A stretch of 64,000 nucleotides of DNA, taken from positions 14,857 through 78,856 of the IMG/VR virus record IMGVR_UViG_3300005805_000070; one strand, written 5' to 3'. Positions within the stretch are counted from its first letter, which is position 1. The number at the start of each line of letters is the position of its first letter. The notes below the pieces were generated by a model. That model ran no database searches. It had not been told where the DNA came from and saw only the letters and a list, made by a program, of their open reading frames with translations. Origin of the DNA: a virus (taxonomy: Duplodnaviria > Caudoviricetes). Below are positions 34,501 to 43,300 of the stretch, piece after piece. The position numbers and the translations under genes are program-made.

Positions 34501-36973
34501 CCTGGAGACCTTGACCAGCGAATAATCCATCAAGACCCTGGACACCTTGCAATCCCTGGATTCCTTGTAAACCTTGAATTCCCTGCAATCCCTGAACACC
34601 TTGGGCACCTTGAAGACCAGTTTCTCCGAGTGCTCCTTGAAGACCCTGTAGACCTTGAATTCCCTGCAATCCCTGAACACCCTGGCCACCCTGTAAACCA
34701 GTATTTCCAGATTCTCCTTGTACTCCAGTTCTTCCCTGAGTTCCTTGAAGACCTTGTGTTCCTTGCCCACCAACACCACCAAATAAACCTTGAGAACCTT
34801 GGAATCCAGCTAAACCTTGAGATCCCTGAGTTCCTTGTGCTCCTTGAGCTCCAACAGCACCAAAAGTTCCTTGAGAACCTTGAGCACCTATAGATCCCTG
34901 TAAACCTTGAGCACCTACACCACCAAAAGTTCCTTGATTCCCCTGTAAACCTTGGGTTCCTTGTCTACCTTGAGTTCCTTGAGCACCCTGAGCACCTACA
35001 CCACCAAATAATCCTTGAATTCCCTGAAGACCTTGAGTTCCTTGAGTTCCTTGAGCGCCTTGTGCTCCAGTGCCACCAAAAGCACCTTGAAGACCTTGTA
35101 AACCTTGAAGACCTTGAGTTCCTTGAGCCCCAACACCACCAAATAAACCTTGAGTACCTTGAGCACCCTGTGTTCCTTGTGCTCCTTCTGTTCCTTGAGT
35201 TCCTCCAGCACCTTCTGTTCCTTGAATTCCTGTTCTACCCTGAACACCTTGAGTTCCTTGGGTTCCTTGTGCGCCTTGAGCTCCACTATCTCCAAAAGTT
35301 CCTTGAAGACCTTGGGCACCTTGCATACCTTGTAGACCTTGAGTTCCCTGTGCTCCAAGAGCACCAGATAAACCCTGAGATCCTTGAGAACCTTGCAATC
35401 CTTGAGTTCCTTGTGCTCCTTGAGTGCCTTGTGCCCCAGTTCCACCAAAAGTACCTTGTGATCCTTGAGCACCTTGTGATCCTAAAGTTCCTTGGAGACC
35501 TTGCGTTCCTTGAGTTCCTTGGAGTCCCTGAAGACCTTGAGCACCTTGTAATCCCTGAACACCTTGAGTTCCTTGAGTACCTTGTGCCCCAGTTCCACCA
35601 AAAGTACCTTGTGATCCTTGAGCACCTTGTAAACCTTGGCGTCCTTGTCCTCCCTGAAGACCTTGCAAACCTTGAACACCTTGAGTTCCTTGGGCACCTT
35701 GCATTCCTTGAGTGCCTTGAGTTCCCTGAGTTCCTTGTGAACCTGTTGAACCGCTAGAACCCTGAGTTCCTTGTCTTCCTTGAGTTCCTTGTAAACCTTG
35801 GTTTCCTTGAGTTCCTTGAGACCCCTGAGCACCGTCAGCCCCTTGTGTTCCCTGATTACCTTGTAATCCTTGAGCACCCTGACCACCAACTCCACCAAAT
35901 AATCCTTGAGATCCTTGAGTTCCTTGGGCACCCTGTAATCCTTGAGTGCCTTGAGCACCTTGCAAACCTTGCAGACCCTGAGTTCCTTGTCTTCCTTGCA
36001 ATCCTTGAAGACCTTGAACACCCTGAAGACCTTGAGCTCCCTGAAGACCTTGTAAACCTTGCAGACCTTGAACGCCCTGAGGACCAGGATCTCCAATATT
36101 TCCTTGGACACCTTGAGCACCCTGAATTCCTTGAGCTCCTTGAATACCTTGAGCACCCTGAGCACTTTGTGGTCCTTGAAGACCCTGAGTTCCCTGAAAA
36201 CCTATACCTTGAGAACCCTGTAAACCTTGAGCACCTTGTAAACCTTGAGTTCCTTGAGCACTTAATCCACCCTGAGTTCCCTGAGCACCCTGAGCACCTT
36301 GCAGACCCTGTAATCCTTGGAGGCCAGTCCCGCCAAATTGACCTTGAGTTCCTTGGGCGCCCTGTAAACCTTGCCCAGCAAAATCACCAGGAATACCTTG
36401 AGCACCCTGGGTTCCTTGCCCACCTTGCGCTCCTTGTGCTCCTTGTGCTCCTTGAGCACCCTGCGCTCCTTGAATACCTTGTGCGCCTATCCTCCCCTGC
36501 GCTCCTTGTGCTCCTTGTGCTCCTTGTGTTCCTTGAGTACCCTGACCTGCAAATTCACCAGGAATACCTTGAGCACCTTGGGTTCCCTGTGCTCCCTGCG
36601 CCCCAGCAGAACCTTGAGTACCCTGAGCACCCTGACGACCTTGAATACCTTGTGCGCCTTGAGCACCTTGTGTACCTTGTGCTCCTTGTGTACCTTGAGC
36701 ACCCTGCGTTCCCTGTAGACCTTGAACCGTTAGTTCTAAACTAGGAACCCAATATCTTTTTCCAGTATAAAAATTATTATTTGTACCATCATCAACTGCA
36801 GTGAGAACATACTGATCTCCTGCAGGATATGGATTTGCTCCAACAGAAGATACTCCAACACGAGGATCTCCTAAGTCTGGTTCTGCTTGTTCCAGGCCAA
36901 GAAATTCGTATCTATCCGAAGTGATACCTGTTTGTGGTAATCTTTTTTCTCTTCCAGAAACAAGTCTTCCCAT
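31541..36973 (-). CDS. collagen-like (Gly-X-Gln) fibre protein, 1810 aa
   Basis: About 550 Gly-X-Y triplets between short non-repetitive ends; C-terminal GDIWYQY. Confidence 0.9.
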   Translation of the reverse strand: MGRLVSGREKRLPQTGITSDRYEFLGLEQAEPDLGDPRVGVSSVGANPYPAGDQYVLTAVDDGTNNNFYTGKRYWVPSLELTVQGLQGTQGAQGTQGAQGTQGAQGAQGIQGRQGAQGTQGSAGAQGAQGTQGAQGIPGEFAGQGTQGTQGAQGAQGAQGRIGAQGIQGAQGAQGAQGAQGAQGGQGTQGAQGIPGDFAGQGLQGAQGTQGQFGGTGLQGLQGLQGAQGAQGTQGGLSAQGTQGLQGAQGLQGSQGIGFQGTQGLQGPQSAQGAQGIQGAQGIQGAQGVQGNIGDPGPQGVQGLQGLQGLQGAQGLQGVQGLQGLQGRQGTQGLQGLQGAQGTQGLQGAQGTQGSQGLFGGVGGQGAQGLQGNQGTQGADGAQGSQGTQGNQGLQGTQGRQGTQGSSGSTGSQGTQGTQGTQGMQGAQGTQGVQGLQGLQGGQGRQGLQGAQGSQGTFGGTGAQGTQGTQGVQGLQGAQGLQGLQGTQGTQGLQGTLGSQGAQGSQGTFGGTGAQGTQGAQGTQGLQGSQGSQGLSGALGAQGTQGLQGMQGAQGLQGTFGDSGAQGAQGTQGTQGVQGRTGIQGTEGAGGTQGTEGAQGTQGAQGTQGLFGGVGAQGTQGLQGLQGLQGAFGGTGAQGAQGTQGTQGLQGIQGLFGGVGAQGAQGTQGRQGTQGLQGNQGTFGGVGAQGLQGSIGAQGSQGTFGAVGAQGAQGTQGSQGLAGFQGSQGLFGGVGGQGTQGLQGTQGRTGVQGESGNTGLQGGQGVQGLQGIQGLQGLQGALGETGLQGAQGVQGLQGIQGLQGIQGLQGVQGLDGLFAGQGLQGAQGLQGLQGLQGTQGVQGMEGAQGAQGTQGVQGMEGAQGAQGTQGLQGTQGLQGTQGLQGLQGTQGLGGDTGTQGAQGTQGAQGLQGTQGTQGLQGLQGLQGSQGLQGAQGTQGAQGTQGLQGLQGIQGLQGAQGTQGLSGFTGLQGSQGAQGLQGVQGLQGAQGLQGTQGLQGLQGLQGVQGFQGLQGTQGTQGLQGLQGLQGSQGLQGAQGLQGTFGGTGAQGAQGTQGLQGNQGLQGLQGTQGLQGLQGLQGVQGFQGLQGTQGLQGSQGRQGLQGLQGTQGFQGLQGTQGLQGAQGTQGLQGLQGRQGLQGTDGTTGAQGAQGTQGLQGLQGAQGTQGLQGAQGRQGLQGAQGTQGLQGLQGTQGTFGGTGAQGAQGTQGLQGNQGLQGLQGTQGAQGTQGLQGNQGLQGAQGSQGTFGSIGAQGAQGTQGLQGLQGLQGSQGLQGAQGRQGLQGLQGTQGFQGLQGTQGAQGTQGAQGAQGTQGLQGAQGLQGTFGGVGAQGAQGTQGLQGAQGTQGAQGLQGRQGAQGIQGLQGTQGLQGAQGIQGQFGGVGGQGAQGTQGMQGSQGTQGAQGLQGRQGAQGIQGAQGAQGSQGLQGLQGLSGSGGAQGAQGTQGAQGLQGRQGAQGVQGSGVQGAQGAQGAQGSQGLQGAQGTFGGVGAQGAQGTQGAQGIQGNIGAQGTQGAQGLQGRQGLQGLQGAGAQGAQGRQGAQGLQGGLSAQGAQGLQGVQGTFGGVGAQGAQGTQGLQGLQGILGSSGAQGAQGIQGLQGAQGRQGLQGSPGAGAQGAQGAQGAQGRQGIQGQFGGTGAQGAQGIQGSIGAQGLQGAFGGVGGQGTQGAQGLIGAQGIQGQFGGTGAQGAQGAQGRIGAQGTQGLFGGNGAQGAQGTQGRQGLQGLQGAFGGVGGQGTQGAQGSFGNQGLQGSTNVTITVNQTSYGGTNPITVSSGTTINIASTSNAYGTRTVSTAGASGGNNGDIWYQY
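31718..36721 (-). repeat. coding 9-nt periodic repeat (Gly-X-Gln codons)
   Basis: + strand ccttgagca / ccttgagtt / ccttgaaga units over 5 kb. Confidence 0.95.
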
Positions 36974-36982
36974 ATTTACCTA

Positions 36983-37336
36983 TTATTGCTTTGCTGTTTC
37001 AAGAACACTCAAAACGAGTTCTAATACATTATTAGCATTACACTGAATCTTTATAACATCATTAGTTTCTAAAACAAGTCTTCCATCAGGAACTAAATTT
37101 AAACTATCACTAGCTGGAATTGGTGCAGAACTAGCAAATTTATAATCCGCTTTTGGCTCTGAACTTCTAGAATGTACCGCAGTTACATTAAATGTAGTAC
37201 CTGCAGTTGATACATTTGTTACTTGTGAAAGAATAATAATTGAAGCAACACCAATAGGGCAAGTATAAATTCCAACAAGGTCTGTTGTAACTCCTACTCT
37301 AAGTGTTCTAAATTTATTAAGTGCAATTGCTGCCAT
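36983..37336 (-). CDS. small structural protein, 117 aa
   Basis: ORF track; beta-rich; between fibre genes. Confidence 0.75.
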   Translation of the reverse strand: MAAIALNKFRTLRVGVTTDLVGIYTCPIGVASIIILSQVTNVSTAGTTFNVTAVHSRSSEPKADYKFASSAPIPASDSLNLVPDGRLVLETNDVIKIQCNANNVLELVLSVLETAKQ

Positions 37337-37337
37337 A

Positions 37338-40300
37338 TTATCTACTTAATCCAAGAATTAAAGGTGTTACTGTATTTAATAGACTTTGACTAAATGCTCT
37401 ACCAGAAATAGTACCTGTTAATTGGTTAATAACGATATCATCTCCAATTTGGAAGTTTCCTGCTTGGTTTGTACTTGTATAAACAACTTGACCACCGTTT
37501 ACTTTTGTTACTTCATTTTCTTGAATTGTAACTCCACCCAGAGCAGGTTTTGCTGTGAAGATATTTGTTCCAGCACCAACCCACTCAAGTGATATAGAAG
37601 TTGCAATTTGAAGACTTAATCTAGAAAAATAAACTGTAGTTCCAGCACCTAGTGTATTATTTAGATTGGTATTCAGAACGATAGTGGAGATACCAGCACT
37701 AGGTAAAGTTGCAGATTCAATAGTATAATAAATTGGACTCATTATAGATGTAGCAGCTGCTCCTACACCACCTCCACCAGTAAAAGTAACTATTGGTGGA
37801 TTTAAATATTGATTACCTGTACTAATTACATCAACCGAAACCACTCTTCCAGTCTCATCAATATTAGAAACAGCTTCTGCAGTAATTCCATTAGGACCTT
37901 CTGGAGCAGAAAGTGTTACATTTGGTGGAGTTGTATATCCACTACCACCATCATTAACCTTTACACTTTGAACAGAATAGAATAAGTCCCCAAAATAAAG
38001 TGCTTGTCCGTCATATGGTCTTTGTGATCCTATTCCTGTAACAACTATTACATCTTGTTCTAATTCCGCTTCTTGGACAATTTCGCCAGTATAACGATAT
38101 ATTGACTTAGTGTTACTATCTCCAACACCATTTGAGTATAGACCATAATTTCCAAAAGATGCGTTTGAGTTTGTAATATCGCATTGTCCACCAGATGATG
38201 TGTAAATTGCAATATCATCACAAATAGTAAAGATGGAAACCAACTGAGAATATGCACCGTTGGTAATTGAAACTCCAATACCACCTTGATTGTATTGAGT
38301 GTAAGAGTCAACTGACATTGTTCCAGTAACACCAATATCAGTTTCATCGCCAGGTTCTGCATTAAAACCATCAACTTTCATTCCAATACTATCTTGGATA
38401 AAATTAGTTGCGTTTCTAATATATGGACCTTGCGTAATTGGACCAACACCTTTTGAGAATGGAGGATACACAACACCACCAGCAACATAAGTATGTGGAA
38501 TTGTAGAAGCACCAACTCTTACTGTGAACTCATCTATTCCTGGAGTTTTCAGAACTTCAAACGCATATCCTTCGTTACCTGTAGGATATATTGTTGTAGT
38601 TCCTGCACCACTTGAGCAAGCAAACTCAAGATTATAGAGAGTCATAAAGTCACCCTTTCTAACTCTAATACCAGGTGCCGTAACTGTTGTTAATCCAGTA
38701 ATATGATCGTATTGTGCATTGAATACATCAAATGCTCTATTAACAACATATCCACCATATTCATAAATGTGTGGAATTGTTGAAACACCAACGTAAATAT
38801 CAAAAGAACCGTCTGGATATAGTTTTTCTACATAAAACTCATATCCGTTTGCTCCCGATGGGAATGCTTGAGTTGAAGTTGTAATTCCATTTGAAGAGCA
38901 GGAGAATATTAAATCTCTTATTTCAACAACATCACCTTTCTTGACGTAGAAGTTGGGGCAGAAAACTTGCGTTCTTCCACTTGTATTATCATAATATGCA
39001 GTAGAAACTCCAGCAACTCTTTCAAATCCAGCGCCACGATTTCCTGGATATGAAGTTGTGATGCCTGCTTCAGATCCCAGTCCAACAATTGTTGTAACAA
39101 CCCCAACACAAGAACGTAATGCAGATGTTACATCTTGGCAAGAATTAATTGCATTATTAAATCCTGTAAGAGGATCTGCTTGCATTGCAAGATCTTTGAC
39201 TTGGAAGAATTCTTTCTGGAAGTTTTCATACTTTTGAACAGTTCCACCAGAAAGATATGCATGAGGAATTACTGTCTTACCACCAACAAAACTAAATGTA
39301 TTTGGTCCAACTACAGATTTAACTGGGAATACATATCCAAATGTTCCGTCTGGGAAAATATTAGTTGTATAATTTGCAATTAGTTCACCACCAGTGACAT
39401 AATTATGTGCTATAGAAGAAACTCCAACGTTGATTTTAACCTTATTAGAAGTATAAAGAGTTGGGAAACTACTTAAGTTACCGTTGGTAATAGTATTTGT
39501 AAGAATACCAATTAGATTATCAATATTGCTTCTGACATCAGCACAAGATGCAGGATCTGTATTAAATCCAGTTGCTGGATCTGGTGTAATGGTTAGATCT
39601 TTTTTGTTAAGGAGATTATTGATTGCCAATTTGGCATAATCCCTAACAGCATTAAATGCTGTAATTGATTCCGCTTCTTCTCCAACTAAACCATTAGAAA
39701 TTGGAGACCCGTTGGCATCAAAATATGCTCTAGCTGCTTCACGAATATGCTTATTAGTTCCAAACCTAAGATCTTTTATAAGAGCATCAACAATGTATCC
39801 AATATCCCTTCTACACTTATTTTCACCAGCAACAAAAATACCACGATTGATTGTGATGCCATTTAGATAAGTTGTTGTACCATAGAACAGAGTATTAGTA
39901 ACAATTTCAGTTAAAGTATTCAGAGCTGCTTGAACGTTTGCACAAGAAGATGGGTTTACATTACTGTTTGTTAATGGATCTGGAGTGATGGTTAAATCTT
40001 TAATTGTCAATTGATTAGTGAGAGCTTGTTTCATCAACTCCCTAGCTTGGGCAAAAGCATAGTTTGATTCTGTCACTTCTCCTTGCAAACCATTGGAAAT
40101 TAAATTGCCAGTTGTTGCATTAAAATACTGCTTAATAAACTCAATAGTGTAAGAATTACCACCAGTAAATAGGTCTATTGATAGTGCATCAACAAAATAT
40201 CCAAGATCTCTCTTACACTTATTTTCTGTTGTGCCAATTGATGGATAGTTTGCAACAGTTGCATTCCAAGCACTGTTTACAATCTCAGTTTTATTTTGCT

Positions 40301-43300
40301 GAATTAATCTATAAGCATCTCTATATCTGGAGAATCTTGTAGTTTGAACATCATTTGGGAAATAGAAATCTGAATGAGCAATGGCAATTGCTGCCAGTGA
40401 TTTATCCATAATCTCAATTTTGTTCGCTTGAATCAAATTAGAAGCATCAACATACCTATTATCATTTGTGGCAATTACTTGGAAATCATATCCATTGTTA
40501 CCTGATGGGAAGTATGAAGTTGAAGGTCCGCCGCCACTATCACAAACCCAAACAAGATTTTCAATTCTAACTTTCTTACCTGGTTCAATATACATTCCTG
40601 GGTCAGTATTTGTCCCCAATCCAACAGTTACAATAGTAGTGATTCCTGTTGATGCATCATAAGATGCTGTGGAAATTCCAAACTTGGGAGTGTAAACTCT
40701 AGCGGCGGTTCCACCAGTTACATAAGTATGAGGCAATGTAGAAGTTCCTACATTAACAGTAAATGTATTTGAATCAATAATATCAAGAACTGTAAAATCA
40801 TAACGATAGTTTCCTGATGGGAAGTATGAAGTTGAAGGTCCGCCACCACTATTACATTCAAAGACTAAATTCTCTAATTTAACTCTATTACCAGATTGAA
40901 TTGGTAATGGGCTTTCTGTAGTAATAGAAGTAATCCCAGAAATTTCATTATAAACTGCGGTTACAACTCCAATAGATATTCCTGGAGAATTTTCTGGGCA
41001 GTGGAACAGTAAATTCTCAATTTTAACAGGGTTATTAACAGACAATCCGTGATTAATTGCAGTGATTGTAGTAATACCAGTTGCAAAATCGTAGGTGGCA
41101 TCTACAACAGTTGTTCCTAAGCCAACAGGATAACCACCCCAAGTACAATTATTAATAACAGCTCTTGCAACATTGAAAGAATAATCAAAAGTTGCGATTG
41201 TTTGGTCAACTTCACCAGGATTTTTGAGGATCTGTGGGATTAAATTCCAATTATCATCAAAATATGATTTTGCTGCCCCAACACACTTAGAATTACCACC
41301 TCTAGTAATATCAAAAATTACTGCTTTCCAAACATCTTTTACATCATCCGAACAATCTTTACTTTCTAGTGTAACTCCAAAACGTACACCTGGAGCAACA
41401 GATGTTGATGCTGCCCCAATCATTTCTGTTACAATTCCAACCAATTGCTTAACAGTTGTTCCAACACCAACACATCCACCAGAAACTTGAATAACTGATG
41501 GGTTCTTAAATTGTGTAATACTACCAACTCCAGATTGATAAGAAATTGTTGGGGTTAGGTTATTAATAACATGAGTTGCAATACCAGCAGCATAGTCAAG
41601 TGCAGCAATAGTTGCTTGTTGAGTTGCAATTCCAGTAATATGAATTAAACCACCACTGCTATTAAAATATGAATATCCAGCACCAATAGATTTTTTGTTA
41701 CTATTTGCCTTAAGGTCGTTTGATACTGCAGTAAAAACACTTACAATATCTTCTTTGCAGTTAGTATAATCACCACTCGAAAGAGTGAATCCATATCCAA
41801 CTGGAGATGTTAAGAATCCGACTGCCTCTGCTGCAATATAATTTAAGTTATTATCAATTAATCTAGCAGCATCCTGCTCTCTGTGACTACCTGCAAAACC
41901 ACTGAATCCACTTGTTAGGAATCCAACTGATTCTCTAGCGATGTAATCAAGATTCAAACGAAGCATTCTAGCACCATCAAAGAATCTATCGGTTGCCACA
42001 CCAGAAAGTGCTTGAAGAGCAATAATAGCGGCACCATTAGTCATTGGTTGACCAATAAAACTTACGTCAGTAATATGGCACCCATTGTTTACATAGAAGA
42101 AATCTCTATCTGGGAATCTTGGGGTTAATACACAGTTACGGAGTTCAGTACCTTCAACAGCAACTGTTTTTTTAAGAACAATCGGATTATCTTCAATGTA
42201 AGTTCCTGGGAAAACTTTAATCGTGTCTGCAAACTGTGCAACTGCCGCTGCTGCTTTAATAGTTCTCTTTGGATAATTTTCGGCTAAACCAGTGTTATTA
42301 TCATTACCAGTCTGAGAAACATAAATTGTTTTTCCAACTGGGCGATAAGCATCTACTTTTACAACACCCTTTCCTGGATTTTGAGTTCCTGTAATATCAA
42401 CACCGATCCCAGGAACTAATTGTGTAACAATGCCAACTAAATTAACACCATCTCCAAAATATGCATTAGCCTGTACATTATTTCTAGATTCTAATTCACC
42501 AGCGATGATTAAACCTGTTGCATCCACTTGTACTGCTTCTACAGTAGAGACTGTTGAAGGTCCAGTAACACTTAATTGTGTTACAGATGCAATACCACCA
42601 ATAACATCAATAGATGTGGAAGCAATACCAACTAAAGATCCAACAAACTGTGAAGCAGTTGCAACTCCAGTTAATGATAATGAAGTTGCGTTAATAATAT
42701 TTTGAGTAGATACTCCACTTACACTTAAGGAAGTGACAGATGCAATACCACCAATAACATTAACAGATGTTAAAGCAGTTCCTGCAAGATTTCCGACAAA
42801 GTTTGTTGCGGTTACTACACCAGAAACATTAATTCCTGTTGCGTTAGTTGCGGTTAAAGTTGAAACACCACTTACGTTTAGACCAACTACATCAGCAACT
42901 CCACCAATAACATTAATCGATGTTAATGCAGTTCCTGCAAGATTTCCAACAAATTCTGTTGCAGTTACTACACCAGAAACATTAATGCCAGAAGATTCAA
43001 CTGCAGTTAATGTACTTACCCCAGATACGGTTAATTCTGATACATATGCTACTCCACCAATAACATCAATAGAAGTAGTTGCCGTTCCTACAAGATCACC
43101 ATAGAATTGTTGTGCAGTTGCAATTCCAGTTACAAATAATTCAGAAGCTGTAGTTAATCCTAAAGTTGTAACTCCACTAACACTTAATTGAGTTACTGAA
43201 GCAATGCCACCAATAACATCTATTGCTGTTGAAGCAATACCAACAAGATTGCCATAAAATTGAGATGCTGTGGCAATACCTGTTACAAATAATTGAGATG

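Noticed and set aside
31718-36721. Possible CRISPR array or satellite
   Set aside because: 9-nt codon periodicity within one ORF; no constant repeat with unique spacers and no cas genes.
31510-36744. Many long ORFs with LEHLE, LKVLKV or STLST repeats
   Set aside because: Alternate-frame and antisense shadows of the Gly-X-Gln repeat gene.
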